Of a DNA stretch of 64,000 nucleotides, positions 1-8,850 are shown piece by piece (the stretch's first letter is position 1; every line of letters starts with the position of its first letter). The DNA comes from an uncultured Oscillospiraceae bacterium (lineage in GTDB: Bacteria; Bacillota; Clostridia; Christensenellales; CAG-138). The position numbers and the translations under genes are program-made. The notes under the pieces were generated by a model, which was given only the letters and a program-made list of their open reading frames with translations, was not told where the DNA came from and ran no database searches. Where the stretch lies: the NCBI GenBank assembly GCA_964474405.1, contig CAYYUV010000002.1, forward strand, positions 19,349-83,348, given 5' to 3'.

Positions 1-407
1 GCATAATCCGCGATCGGGGCGAACGTGCCGGGCAGCGCGAACTGGCTCTGATAGTTTGAATTGGTGCAAGCGCCCTGCGCAATGACAAGGTCAAACAGGC
101 GAAGCGACGGATCGATCGCGCCTGCGGAGCCGACGCGGATGATCCTATCCACGTCGAAGAAATGGAAAAGCTCGTACGAATAGATGCCGATCGACGGCAT
201 GCCCATGCCGCTGGCCATGACCGATACGCGCTTGCCCTCATAGGTGCCGGTATAGCCCTGAATGCCGCGGATGTTATTGACAAGCACCGCGCCCGAAAGA
301 TAGGTCTCCGCGATCATCTTTGCGCGCAGCGGGTCGCCCGGCATCAGCACGGTCTTTGCAAAGTCTCCCGGTTGGCAGCCGATATGCGGCGTCAGTGTTT
401 TTGTCAT
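1..407 (-). CDS. deoD: Purine nucleoside phosphorylase, DeoD type (N-terminal ~135 aa; 3' end runs off the window)
   Basis: Not in the ORF track because there is no stop inside the window. Reverse-strand translation from the ATG (complement of 405-407) gives MTKTLTPHIGCQPGDFAKTVLMPGDPLRAKMIAETYL...GKRVSVMASGMGMPSIGIYSYELF, typical of DeoD. GGAG lies ~10 nt upstream. Confidence 0.85.
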   Translation of the reverse strand, partial: MTKTLTPHIGCQPGDFAKTVLMPGDPLRAKMIAETYLSGAVLVNNIRGIQGYTGTYEGKRVSVMASGMGMPSIGIYSYELFHFFDVDRIIRVGSAGAIDPSLRLFDLVIAQGACTNSNYQSQFALPGTFAPIADY

Positions 408-668
408 AATATGATTCTCCTGTCTGCCGTTGGTAGGATCGTCCGAGGCGGCGGCGGAAACGGCGCCCGCACGCCCGGGGTTTTTCTTGCTTCAGGCGGA
501 AAATACGGCTCCACCTTGTCCAGTATAGCATGTCAAATGCGCCGCCGCAACCGTCCGGCGACGGAAGAAAGTAACCGATTATTCACAGCCCGTTTAACAA
601 AACGCTACATCTGCTCTGCTATAATGATAACATCCCATTCTGCCCCGACCGTGGGGTGAAAGGAGACT

Positions 669-1367
669 ATGAATACCATGAAACGCATCGGTTATGCGGC
701 GCTGAGCCTGTTGCTGCTTGCAATGGCGGGCTGCACGGACGGAACCGACAAGATCATAGACAGCTCGCAGCAGGCGGGTCCCATCACCATTGTTGGCACG
801 GTGGAGGACACGGAGCCACCTGCCGCAACGCCGGAACAGGTGTATGTCGGCGTGGATGCCGAGCAGACGCCTTCGCCGACGCCGGAAGCGACGCCCACGC
901 CCGATCTGACGGCAGAGCCCACCGCGTCGCCTACGGCCGACCTGACGCCTGCGGCGACGCCTTCCCCGACGCCTGACGGCACGCAGGTGGAGCGTATGCT
1001 GACGCTCGCCACGTCGCTGATGGACGTGCCGTATCTCAAGAGCGGCCGCACGCCGGAGGAGGGCTTTGACCCCGGCGGCTTTATCTATTACTGCCTCAAC
1101 AACGTGGGCCTTGACGTCGGAAAAACCAACTCCTACGGATATTCCAACAAAGAGGAATGGACAAAGATCGAATCGATGGACGATATCCAGCCGGGGGATC
1201 TGCTGTTCTTCAAGACCGGCGAGAGCGAGGACGTCAACTGCGGCACGATCTATCTTGGCGGCAACGAGATGATCTATCCCTCCTATGGCGAGGGCAAGGT
1301 CATCCGCACCAAGTCAAACAGCACTTACTGGCAGGACGCGTTTGTGCTCGCCCGCCGGGTGTTTTAG
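669..1367 (+). CDS. NlpC/P60-family lipoprotein, probably catalytically inactive
   Basis: Lipobox LLLLAMAGC, a Pro/Thr/Ala linker, and a C-terminal NlpC/P60-like domain (VPYLKSGRTPEEGFDPGGFIYY...PGDLLFF...GTIYLGGNEMIYPS). The catalytic Cys and His positions appear substituted. Confidence 0.75.
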   Translation: MNTMKRIGYAALSLLLLAMAGCTDGTDKIIDSSQQAGPITIVGTVEDTEPPAATPEQVYVGVDAEQTPSPTPEATPTPDLTAEPTASPTADLTPAATPSPTPDGTQVERMLTLATSLMDVPYLKSGRTPEEGFDPGGFIYYCLNNVGLDVGKTNSYGYSNKEEWTKIESMDDIQPGDLLFFKTGESEDVNCGTIYLGGNEMIYPSYGEGKVIRTKSNSTYWQDAFVLARRVF

Positions 1368-1374
1368 GGAGAGA

Positions 1375-2142
1375 ATGATGGAGCAAGAGCTGAAACAAAA
1401 AAAACACAGCGGCGGCCTGATCGCGCTTGGTATTGTTTGCGGGCTGCTGCTGCTTGTGGCGGTCATCCTGACGATGCTGCTGCTCAAAAAGAACAGCGCG
1501 GGCGCAGCCGGCGCCGACAAGCCGACCGCCGCGCCCACGGCCGTGCCCACCGCGACGCCCGTGGCCGATCGCAATTACGACGGCGGCGTGCCGATCGGGT
1601 TTGTGCCGGATCTGTCGTTGATGGGGATTCCCGACGCGCTGACCGAGGACAACGCGGAGGCCTTTGCCGCCGACCGCTGGACGGACGTGACGACCGGGGA
1701 CATCCGCGCCGTAGGCGGGATGCTGATCCGGCATACCGAGCTGGACTTTGTGTTCCTCGTCTATGACGGCGCGTATTATTATCTCGGCGAAAGCTGGGAC
1801 GGGCACGGGCTGATCGACGCGGCGCTGTGCGACCTCAATTACGACGAGGGGTATGAGATCGTCTACACCTATGCGACCGGCACCGGCTCGGAGTATCAGG
1901 GCAAGGTGGGCTGGTTTGACCTGGCCACCCGGCAGAACAACATCGCCGCGTTCTCTGTCAAGCAGGGCAACATGGCCATTGTCAAGGGCGAGGGCGACAC
2001 CGTGCTGCTGTACACGGCAAAGCGAACCGCGGGGAAGAGCGACGGCGGCTATATTCTGACGCTGGGCGAGCCGATCGGTGAGCTGCTGGAGCAGGAGGGC
2101 AGCCTGTTTTTGCGGATGGAGCAACCGACGGGCGCGCAATAG
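1375..2142 (+). CDS. Membrane-anchored hypothetical protein
   Basis: ATG at 1375 follows the NlpC gene stop. N-terminal TM helix (LIALGIVCGLLLLVAVILTMLLL), Ala/Pro/Thr linker, globular C-terminal domain. I recognise no family. Confidence 0.6.
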   Translation: MMEQELKQKKHSGGLIALGIVCGLLLLVAVILTMLLLKKNSAGAAGADKPTAAPTAVPTATPVADRNYDGGVPIGFVPDLSLMGIPDALTEDNAEAFAADRWTDVTTGDIRAVGGMLIRHTELDFVFLVYDGAYYYLGESWDGHGLIDAALCDLNYDEGYEIVYTYATGTGSEYQGKVGWFDLATRQNNIAAFSVKQGNMAIVKGEGDTVLLYTAKRTAGKSDGGYILTLGEPIGELLEQEGSLFLRMEQPTGAQ

Positions 2143-2183
2143 GGGCACGCTGTGCAAAAATACGGATGCAACCGCCGTCTGGC

Positions 2184-2492
2184 TTACGACGCGCCGGATG
2201 GGCTGCACAGTGATATGGACAAACAAAAAGGATCCGCGGCCATCGCAGATCCTTTTTCAGATTCATGCTGGGGCAGGATCACCGTCGCCGCGATCAGCGC
2301 AAGCGCCGCCAGCATCAGGATGCCCGCCAGCACCGTGATGAGCGTGATCTGCCGCTTTTTGCGCCGGGCGCGCGCGTGATCGGGCGCGGTGGACGCATGC
2401 AAAACGGATGCGCCGGCAACAGGCAGCGCGGCACCGCAGACGCGGCAATATTGACCTTGACCGGCCTCACGGCCGCAATCGGGACACAGCAT
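2184..2492 (-). CDS. Zinc-ribbon membrane protein (102 aa)
   Basis: This is the C-terminal part of the 473-aa track ORF. It starts MLCPDCGREAGQGQYCRVCG (two CxxC pairs) with GGAGG 8 nt upstream, then a TM helix ITLITVLAGILMLAALALIAATVIL. The rest of the track ORF is antisense to rsmA. Confidence 0.55.
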   Translation of the reverse strand: MLCPDCGREAGQGQYCRVCGAALPVAGASVLHASTAPDHARARRKKRQITLITVLAGILMLAALALIAATVILPQHESEKGSAMAADPFCLSISLCSPSGAS

Positions 2493-2660
2493 GCGCGCGC
2501 ATCCTCCCGTGCTTTTAATTGTGTTCCTTATCGTATCATGTTTTATTCCCCGCGTAAAGGGCGCGCTCTGCGGGCGGCGCGGCAAAAAACCGTTGCCGCG
2601 TACCGGCGTATGGTGTACACTGCAAGATAAGAAAGACGGGAATTGGTGTAAGCACAGGAT

Positions 2661-3488
2661 ATGACGACAAGAGCGGATGCCGCATGGGTTCAACAACAGC
2701 TGCAAGCGCTTGGGCGCACGCCGAACCGCGCGCTCGGGCAGAATTTTTGCGTGGACGGGGACAAGCTTGCCCAGATGGCGGCCGCGTTGCCGCTGGCGGG
2801 CGCGGACGTGGTGGAGATCGGTGCGGGGCTTGGCGCCCTGACGGAGATTTTGCTCCAAACGGCCGCGCATGTCTACGCGGTGGAGCTGGACGCGGCGCTG
2901 GCTGCGCGGACGTGGAGCGGGCTGCGCGCGGACAGGCTGACCGTGGTGCTTGGCGACGCGCTGGAAATCTCCGCCGCGCTGTTTCCGCCCGAGGCGGTCT
3001 ATGCGGGCAATCTGCCGTACTATATCACAACGCCGCTGGCAGAAATGATGCTGACAAGACGGCCGCCCGCCCTGGCGCTTATGGTGCAGCAGGAGGCGGC
3101 GTGCCGCTTTTTTGCCCGTCCGGGCGACAAGGTTTACGGCGGCACGGCGGTGCTGACGCAGCTCTATTATGACGCGCGGCAGCTGCTGACGCTGGAGCCG
3201 GAAAGCTATTGGCCGCGGCCGGACGTGCGCTCCGCCGTGGTGGTCATGCGCCGGCGTGCGGACGCGCCCGCGGAGGCGCCCGCGGCGGTTCTGGCGCTGG
3301 TGCGGAGCTGCCTTGCCATGCGGCGCAAGACGCTGATCAACAATCTTCGGGGCCGCCCCGGCGCGGCGGAAGCGATCGATTCGCTTGGCCTTGCCGCGAA
3401 CGTGCGGGGCGAAGAGCTTGCGCCGGCCGATTTTTTGGCGCTGTACCGCGCGCTTGCGGCGGCGGGGGAGGCCGGGCGCGATGGCTGA
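2661..3488 (+). CDS. rsmA: 16S rRNA (adenine1518/1519-N6)-dimethyltransferase
   Basis: LGQNFCVD, SAM motif VVEIGAGLGALTE, and NLPYYITTP; length is typical of KsgA/RsmA. Confidence 0.9.
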   Translation: MTTRADAAWVQQQLQALGRTPNRALGQNFCVDGDKLAQMAAALPLAGADVVEIGAGLGALTEILLQTAAHVYAVELDAALAARTWSGLRADRLTVVLGDALEISAALFPPEAVYAGNLPYYITTPLAEMMLTRRPPALALMVQQEAACRFFARPGDKVYGGTAVLTQLYYDARQLLTLEPESYWPRPDVRSAVVVMRRRADAPAEAPAAVLALVRSCLAMRRKTLINNLRGRPGAAEAIDSLGLAANVRGEELAPADFLALYRALAAAGEAGRDG

Positions 3489-4455
3489 AGAAATTTTGTA
3501 TGACGTAACGGCGGTGGGCGAGCTTTTGATCGATTTTGCGCCAGCCGGAGCCGATGCGGACGGGACGCCGCTGTTTCGTGCGCAGGAGGGGGGCGCGCCC
3601 GTCAACTATCTGGCCGCGCTCGCTGCCTGCGGCTGCCGGACGGCGATGATCGGCAAGGTCGGCCGGGATGCCTTCGGCAGGATGCTGACCGACACGCTCC
3701 GCACGCGCGGGGTGGAGACCCGGGGCGTAAGGGCGGATGCGGATGCGTTTACGACGCTGGCGTTTGTGACGCTGGACGCGGACGGGGAGCGCTCGTTCCA
3801 CTTTGCGCGCAAGCCCGGCGCGGATACGCTGCTGCGGACGGACGAGCTTGCGTGGGAGCTAATTGACGGCGCGCGCACGCTGCATTTCGGCACGCTGAGC
3901 CTGACGGACGAGCCCGCTGCGGGCGCAACCGCCGCCGCCGTGGAACGGGCGCGGGCGCGCGGCAGGCAGATCACCTTTGACCCAAATTTGCGTCTGCCGC
4001 TGTGGAAGCGGGCGGACGATGCGCGCGCGGCCATGGACTGGGGACTCAGGCAGGCGGATATTGTCAAGCTGGCGCTGGATGAGGCGGCGTTTCTGCTGGG
4101 TCCGGTCACGCCCGAGGACGCGGCAAGACAGCTCATGGATACCTACGGCGTGCGCCTTGTCATGATCACCATGGGCGCCGCGGGCTGCTGTCTTTGCAAC
4201 GGAACAGCCGCCGTGCGCGCGCCGGCCATGCCCGTAAAGCCGGTAGACACCACCGGCGCGGGCGATATTTTTTTTGGCGCGGCGATGAGCCGGGTGCTTG
4301 CCGCGGACGCGCCGCCCGCGCTGCTGGATGCGGACGCCCTGTCCGCCGTCGCCCGCTTTGCCTGCTGCGCCGCCGGGCTCTCCGTCTGCCGCCGCGGCGG
4401 CGTCGCCTCCGTCCCCGCCGAGGCTGAGATCCGCTCCGCGCTGATGAATCCTTGA
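3481..4455 (+). CDS. PfkB-family carbohydrate kinase (fructokinase/ketohexokinase-like)
   Basis: Internal start MAEEILYDVTAVGELLIDF overlaps the rsmA stop (ATGGCTGA). PfkB signatures GGAPVN and DTTGAGDIFFGA are present. Confidence 0.8.
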   Translation: MAEEILYDVTAVGELLIDFAPAGADADGTPLFRAQEGGAPVNYLAALAACGCRTAMIGKVGRDAFGRMLTDTLRTRGVETRGVRADADAFTTLAFVTLDADGERSFHFARKPGADTLLRTDELAWELIDGARTLHFGTLSLTDEPAAGATAAAVERARARGRQITFDPNLRLPLWKRADDARAAMDWGLRQADIVKLALDEAAFLLGPVTPEDAARQLMDTYGVRLVMITMGAAGCCLCNGTAAVRAPAMPVKPVDTTGAGDIFFGAAMSRVLAADAPPALLDADALSAVARFACCAAGLSVCRRGGVASVPAEAEIRSALMNP

Positions 4456-4480
4456 CAAGGGAACATATCGATAGTATAAT
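4452..4480 (+). promoter_or_regulatory. Consensus sigma-A type promoter upstream of rex
   Basis: TTGACA (4452-4457), 17-nt spacer, TATAAT (4475-4480). Flanked by repeated ATATCGAT motifs. Confidence 0.65.
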
Positions 4481-4511
4481 ATCGATATAAAAATCACGAT
4501 CGGAGTACAGA

Positions 4512-5159
4512 ATGGAAGAGCGGAGCATGACCCCGATCCCGCGGCAGACGCTTAAGCGCATGCCGCAGTATCTGCAAACGCTGAAAAAAGCGCGGGATTC
4601 CGGGGCGGAGATCATCTCCGCGCCGACGGTGGCGGCACAGCTCGGCCTCAACGACGTGCAGGTGCGCAAGGACTTTGCCGCCGTCAGCAGCCGCGCGGGC
4701 AGACCCAAGACCGGTTTTGACATCCACGCGCTCATCTCGGACATCGAGAGCTGTCTCGGCTACAACAACACGCACGACGCGGTGCTGATCGGCGCGGGAA
4801 GCCTTGGCCGCGCGCTGCTGTCCTACCGGGGGTTTGAGGCGTATGCGCTGCGCATTGTGGCGGCGTTTGACACCGATCCCGCCGTGGTCGGCACCGAGAT
4901 CGCGGGCAAGCGCGTGCTGCCGCTTGAAAAGCTGCCCTCCCTCTGCCGGCGCATGGGCATTCACATCGGCATCATCACCGTGCCTGCCGACAACGCGCAG
5001 GCTGTGTGCGACCTGCTGGTCGGCGGCGGCGTGCTGGCTGTGTGGAATTTTGCGCCGACGCGTCTCGAAGCGCCGGAGGGCATTTTGATTCAGAGCGAGA
5101 ACATGGCGGCCTCACTCGCGGTTCTGTCCAACCATTTATCCGAGCAGTGGAAGGTTTGA
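4512..5159 (+). CDS. rex: Redox-sensing transcriptional repressor Rex
   Basis: IPRQTLKRMPQYLQTLKK winged-helix N-terminus plus a Rossmann domain (VLIGAGSLGRALL). GGAG lies 7 nt upstream of the ATG. Confidence 0.9.
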   Translation: MEERSMTPIPRQTLKRMPQYLQTLKKARDSGAEIISAPTVAAQLGLNDVQVRKDFAAVSSRAGRPKTGFDIHALISDIESCLGYNNTHDAVLIGAGSLGRALLSYRGFEAYALRIVAAFDTDPAVVGTEIAGKRVLPLEKLPSLCRRMGIHIGIITVPADNAQAVCDLLVGGGVLAVWNFAPTRLEAPEGILIQSENMAASLAVLSNHLSEQWKV

Positions 5160-5211
5160 CCTTCTTTGGCAGGCCGGGCGCCCGCGGACGTAGAGCATGA
5201 CAACAGAACGC

Positions 5212-5248
5212 AAAAAAAACACGCGCCGTACGGGCGCGTGTTTGTCTT
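5212..5248. terminator. Bidirectional intrinsic terminator (rex / convergent 408-aa gene)
   Basis: A8 tract, stem ACACGCGCC/GGCGCGTGT with loop GTACG, then a T-rich tract. It lies between convergent genes. Confidence 0.75.
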
Positions 5249-5350
5249 ATGTCCGGGGGGAGAGGTCAGCCCCGGGCGATGTATAACGGGGGAGCCCCCG
5301 CCCGCGTCATGGGCGATGCCCAAGAACGCGCTGCCGGACGCCTTTTGGCG

Positions 5351-6577
5351 TCAGAGGGTATATTCACTGGTGTTGACGGTATGCGCGTGGGTATCGCCCA
5401 AGGAATTCATGATGTCCTTCACGACGCCCAAGCCGGGAACGCTGCCGTCCTCATCCGAACCGTCGCTGATGACGGCGCAGTCCTCCGCGACCTGCTCGAC
5501 GGCGCTGCGCTGCTCCGGCGTGCAGCGGATATAGGCGCATTCCGACAGGCGCAGCCCGTCGAGGATCTGATCCTCTGTCACGTCCGGAGCGATGTGCACC
5601 TTTGCGCACTCGGTGCAGCATACGCCCTCGGGGTCGCCCAGCATCTTCTGCGTCACGGTGATGCTGATGCGCTCGGAGAACATGCGGCCGGCTGCAATGT
5701 GCAGCGCGTCATATTCCGCATCGAGTGAGAGGAAGGCGTCCTCCAGCGCGCGGGGCAGGGTCACGTCGCCGTTCACGCGGAGGAAGGTGAGCTGATTAAG
5801 CGCGTCGCCGCTGGCTTTATCAAGCGTCAGATCGCCGTTTATATACAGCTTGTCGCCCCAGCGGCGGATCAGCGCGTCGGAAAGCGTCGCGTCGTCCTCG
5901 ACAAAGGCGCAGCCGTCCGGCAGGATCACAAGCTCCGTCTGATCGTCAAACAGCGGTGCGGCATCCTCGGCGTACCGTCTGGCAATGAGCGCCGTTTTGG
6001 TGCTGAAGCGCGCGCCTTTTTTGGTAAGCATGGCAAGGTCAATGCCGTCCTTTAGCATGACGATGCGTCCCGAGGCGTAGTACAGCACATCCCGTGCGCG
6101 GAGGGCAAACGTATCGTCCATGACAAAGGTGTTTTTTAAGAGCACCGCCCCGTCGGGATAGCATTCGGCCTTGCCGTTGACACTCATCTGCGACAGCGCG
6201 CCCGACATGCTGCGGGGATAGAGCACCTTGCCGTTGACCACGATGCGCACATATCCCGCGAGCGTATCCTCCGCGCCCGATTCGAAGGTCAGCTTGCCGT
6301 TAACGATGAGAAAGGTCGGCACGGCGGGCTTTTGTCCGGCGGAGATCGTCATGGAGCCGTTCTGGGAACTGACGGCGACATCGCCGTCCGGCAGATCCAC
6401 CGTGGAGCCCGTATGAATGGTCACATCGTGCCCCGCAAGCAGCTGCCGCGCGGCGGCGCATGACAGCACGGTGCCGGCGTTGATGGTGACGCTGCCGTAT
6501 TTGCTCAGCGTTTCTTCGGTGACCTTGCGCACGTCGCACACGGCGCAGTTGACGCGCAGATTCTTTTTTTCCTTCAT
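5351..6577 (-). CDS. Soluble repeat protein of unknown function, last gene of the ECF sigma tricistron
   Basis: Track ORF 5351..6583. I prefer the ATG at 6577 (GGAG 8 nt upstream; ATGA overlap with the upstream micro-ORF). No TM segment. Recurrent (V/I)NG(K/D) strands and a Cys-rich C-terminal third. Confidence 0.7.
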   Translation of the reverse strand: MKEKKNLRVNCAVCDVRKVTEETLSKYGSVTINAGTVLSCAAARQLLAGHDVTIHTGSTVDLPDGDVAVSSQNGSMTISAGQKPAVPTFLIVNGKLTFESGAEDTLAGYVRIVVNGKVLYPRSMSGALSQMSVNGKAECYPDGAVLLKNTFVMDDTFALRARDVLYYASGRIVMLKDGIDLAMLTKKGARFSTKTALIARRYAEDAAPLFDDQTELVILPDGCAFVEDDATLSDALIRRWGDKLYINGDLTLDKASGDALNQLTFLRVNGDVTLPRALEDAFLSLDAEYDALHIAAGRMFSERISITVTQKMLGDPEGVCCTECAKVHIAPDVTEDQILDGLRLSECAYIRCTPEQRSAVEQVAEDCAVISDGSDEDGSVPGLGVVKDIMNSLGDTHAHTVNTSEYTL

Positions 6578-6687
6578 TTCCATGCTCCTGTCCCCCTAAT
6601 GTCAATTTGTAGTCCGATCTGGTTATATTCCGCAGGCAATGCGGAAGGGATGTCGTGATAGATTCTCTGTTCAAACGGTGTTTTCAT
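6574..6687 (-). CDS. Candidate 37-codon micro-ORF bridging the sigma gene and the 408-aa gene
   Basis: MKTPFEQRIYHDIPSALPAEYNQIGLQIDIRGTGAWK. GGAGGG lies 7 nt upstream. The start overlaps the sigma gene's 3' end by 17 nt, and its TGA overlaps the next ATG (ATGA). Supported by coding geometry only. Confidence 0.35.
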   Translation of the reverse strand: MKTPFEQRIYHDIPSALPAEYNQIGLQIDIRGTGAWK

Positions 6688-7159
6688 GTTCGTTCCCTCC
6701 TTGCGGGCTGTAATATTGTGTGGCAAGCTTTTTCCGGGCGGCTGCCAGCCGGGCGCGCACCGTGGACGGCGGCAGCTCCAGCATCCGCCCCAGCTCCTTG
6801 GAGGTGTAGCCCTCCATGTACCTGAGCAAAAACAGCGGGCGTTCCTCATCGGACAGGATACCCAGCGCCTCGTGTACAAGCACGGCGGAAAGATCGTCCG
6901 TGGCGGCGGGGCCTTCGCTAACCTCCGCAACCGGCGCCAGCCTTTCGCGGCGGCAGCGGTCGATCACGAGGTTGCGCAGCGTGCGGTACAGCCATGCACG
7001 GCATTGCGCCCGGGTGAGCGCGTCCAGCGTGTCGGTGTTTGACAGCGCCCGCAGAAAGGTTTCCTGCACCAGATCCTCGGCGGCGGCGCGATCCCGCATA
7101 AGCTTTTGGGCAAACCCAAGCATCTCGTCATAGAACAGGCTGTATAGCTGTGCGATCAT
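6671..7159 (-). CDS. ECF-type sigma-70 family RNA polymerase sigma factor
   Basis: Start MIAQLYSLFYDE with AGGAG upstream. Region 2 (DLVQETFLRAL) and region 4 (LSDEERPLFLLRYMEGYTSKELGRMLELPPSTVRARL). Confidence 0.85.
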   Translation of the reverse strand: MIAQLYSLFYDEMLGFAQKLMRDRAAAEDLVQETFLRALSNTDTLDALTRAQCRAWLYRTLRNLVIDRCRRERLAPVAEVSEGPAATDDLSAVLVHEALGILSDEERPLFLLRYMEGYTSKELGRMLELPPSTVRARLAAARKKLATQYYSPQGGNEHENTV

Positions 7160-7192
7160 GCCGCGCTCCTTTCGCTTTTGCTTACACATGGA

Positions 7193-7220
7193 TAACGGAT
7201 GGGGAGGGCAAAGTGTTGAC
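7193..7220 (-). promoter_or_regulatory. Candidate ECF-type (autoregulated) promoter
   Basis: The minus strand reads GTCAAC, 17-nt spacer, CGTTA, about 35 nt upstream of the sigma start. It resembles AAC-N17-CGT ECF promoters. By eye only. Confidence 0.3.
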
Positions 7221-7375
7221 AAAACTTAAAAAATTTTTTTCCGGATATGCAGGGAGCGGGGTTTTGCCCCCGCTCGCCTGAGAAAAGCCATATGCGTCCC
7301 TGCCGATGTAGCGGCCTTGGCAAAACAGGAAAAGCCTGCCGCGCCCCTGGCCGTGCTTCTTCGGACAGAAGCCTT

Positions 7376-8752
7376 TTATATGTCGAGGTTTGCCGCGGTG
7401 CGCGGGAACGGCAGCACGTCGCGGATGTTCTGCATGCCGGTGACGTACATGACCATGCGCTCAAAGCCTAAGCCAAAGCCCGCGTGCCGGACGCCGCCGT
7501 AGCGCCGCAGGTCGAGATACCATTGGTACTCGCTCATATCCATGCCCAGCTCTTTGATGCGCGCGTTGATGACGTCATAGCGCTCCTCGCGCTGGCTGCC
7601 GCCAACGATCTCGCCCACACCCGGCACCAGAAGATCCGCCGCGGCAACGGTCTTGCCATCGTCGTTCTGACGCATATAGAAGGCCTTGATGTCCTTCGGG
7701 TAGTCGGTGACAAAGATCGGCTTTTTGTAGACCTTTTCGGTCAGATACCGTTCATGCTCGGATTGGAGGTCGATGCCCCATTCCACCGGATATTCAAAGG
7801 TTTCGCCGCTGTTCTTGAGGATTTCCACCGCCTCGGTATAGCTGACGCGCCCAAACTCGTTGGACACGACGTTGTCAAGCCTTGTCAAAAGCTCCTTGTC
7901 CACAAACTGGTTGAAAAACGCCATCTCCTCCGGGCAGCGCGTCAGCACCGTGTCGATGATGTATTTGACCATCGCCTCGGCGACGTCCATATCCTCAACA
8001 AGATCGCAGAAGGCCATTTCGGGCTCGATCATCCAAAATTCGGAGGCGTGCCTGGCGGTAAAGCTGTACTCGGCGCGGAACGTCGGCCCAAACGTGTAGA
8101 TATCGCGGAAGGCCAGCGCGAACGCTTCGCCGTAAAGCTGGCCGGAGCCGGACAGATGCACGGGCTTTTTGAAAAAATCCTGGCTGTAATCCACGCGGCC
8201 GTCGGGTGTGCGCGGCGGGTTTTCCAGATCAAGCGTCGTCACCTGAAACATTTCGCCGCGGCCTTCGCAGTCGGCGTTGGTCAAGATCGGGGTATGGACA
8301 TAGACAAAGCCCCGCTGCTGGAAAAACTCATGGATCGCCGCCGCCACCACGCTGCGGACGCGGAACGTCGCAAGGAAGGTGTTGGTGCGCGGGCGCAGGG
8401 TCTGCATCGTGCGCAGATATTCCAGCGAATGCCGCTTTTTCTGCATCGGATAATCGGCGGGGCATTCGCCCTCGACGGTCACAGACTCCGCCCGGATCTC
8501 AAACGGCTGCGGCGCGTCCGGCGTCAGAACAAGCGCGCCTTCCACCACGATGGCACAGCCCGTGGACAGCTTGCCGCCGAGATTCCGCTCGTCCACCGCG
8601 TAGACGACCTGTACGGGCCGGAAGCTGGTTCCGTCGTTCAGCTCGATAAAGCCCATGGCCTTGCCCTGGCGTACCGTGCGCACCCAGCCGCCGACCGTGA
8701 TCGCGCCCTGATATTGCTCCGGCTGTCGCTGGATCTCTTTGATTTTGAGCAT
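7376..8752 (-). CDS. asnS: Asparagine--tRNA ligase
   Basis: 458 aa. N-terminal OB anticodon-binding domain ([21 protein letters not shown]). Class II motifs (FRAE..., [19 protein letters not shown]). Confidence 0.9.
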   Translation of the reverse strand: MLKIKEIQRQPEQYQGAITVGGWVRTVRQGKAMGFIELNDGTSFRPVQVVYAVDERNLGGKLSTGCAIVVEGALVLTPDAPQPFEIRAESVTVEGECPADYPMQKKRHSLEYLRTMQTLRPRTNTFLATFRVRSVVAAAIHEFFQQRGFVYVHTPILTNADCEGRGEMFQVTTLDLENPPRTPDGRVDYSQDFFKKPVHLSGSGQLYGEAFALAFRDIYTFGPTFRAEYSFTARHASEFWMIEPEMAFCDLVEDMDVAEAMVKYIIDTVLTRCPEEMAFFNQFVDKELLTRLDNVVSNEFGRVSYTEAVEILKNSGETFEYPVEWGIDLQSEHERYLTEKVYKKPIFVTDYPKDIKAFYMRQNDDGKTVAAADLLVPGVGEIVGGSQREERYDVINARIKELGMDMSEYQWYLDLRRYGGVRHAGFGLGFERMVMYVTGMQNIRDVLPFPRTAANLDI

Positions 8753-8850
8753 ATTCGCTGTCCTCCGCCCCGTTGTGGGAAAAATTTCACATTATTATAT
8801 CACAAATGCCATTGTCCGCAATGGTAATTTTGGACTGACCATGGTAAAAT

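Noticed and set aside
162-659. 165-aa plus-strand ORF at the window start
   Set aside because: It overlaps the minus-strand deoD coding sequence (1..407), whose translation is an excellent purine nucleoside phosphorylase match. The plus-strand product is featureless.
408-668. c-di-AMP (ydaO-type) riboswitch upstream of the NlpC/P60 gene
   Set aside because: Only a short GTGGGGTGAA resemblance is present. The likely promoter (TGC-TATAAT at 617-625) leaves a ~40-nt leader, too short for that aptamer.
2226-2258. Hairpin AAAAAGGATC...GATCCTTTTT as evidence that the zinc-ribbon ORF (2184..2492) is mis-called
   Set aside because: The hairpin is probably the terminator of the plus-strand gene ending at 2142. 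It lies within the last ~25 codons of the minus ORF, which lowers confidence in that ORF's C-terminus. It does not remove the well-supported N-terminal zinc-ribbon, TM helix and RBS.
2493-3605. Upstream 371 codons of the 473-aa minus-strand track ORF (2184..3605)
   Set aside because: It is antisense to rsmA and the PfkB kinase gene. It has the Arg/Ala/Gly/Pro-rich composition typical of GC-rich shadow ORFs. Only the last 102 codons, which have their own RBS and zinc-ribbon/TM features, were kept.
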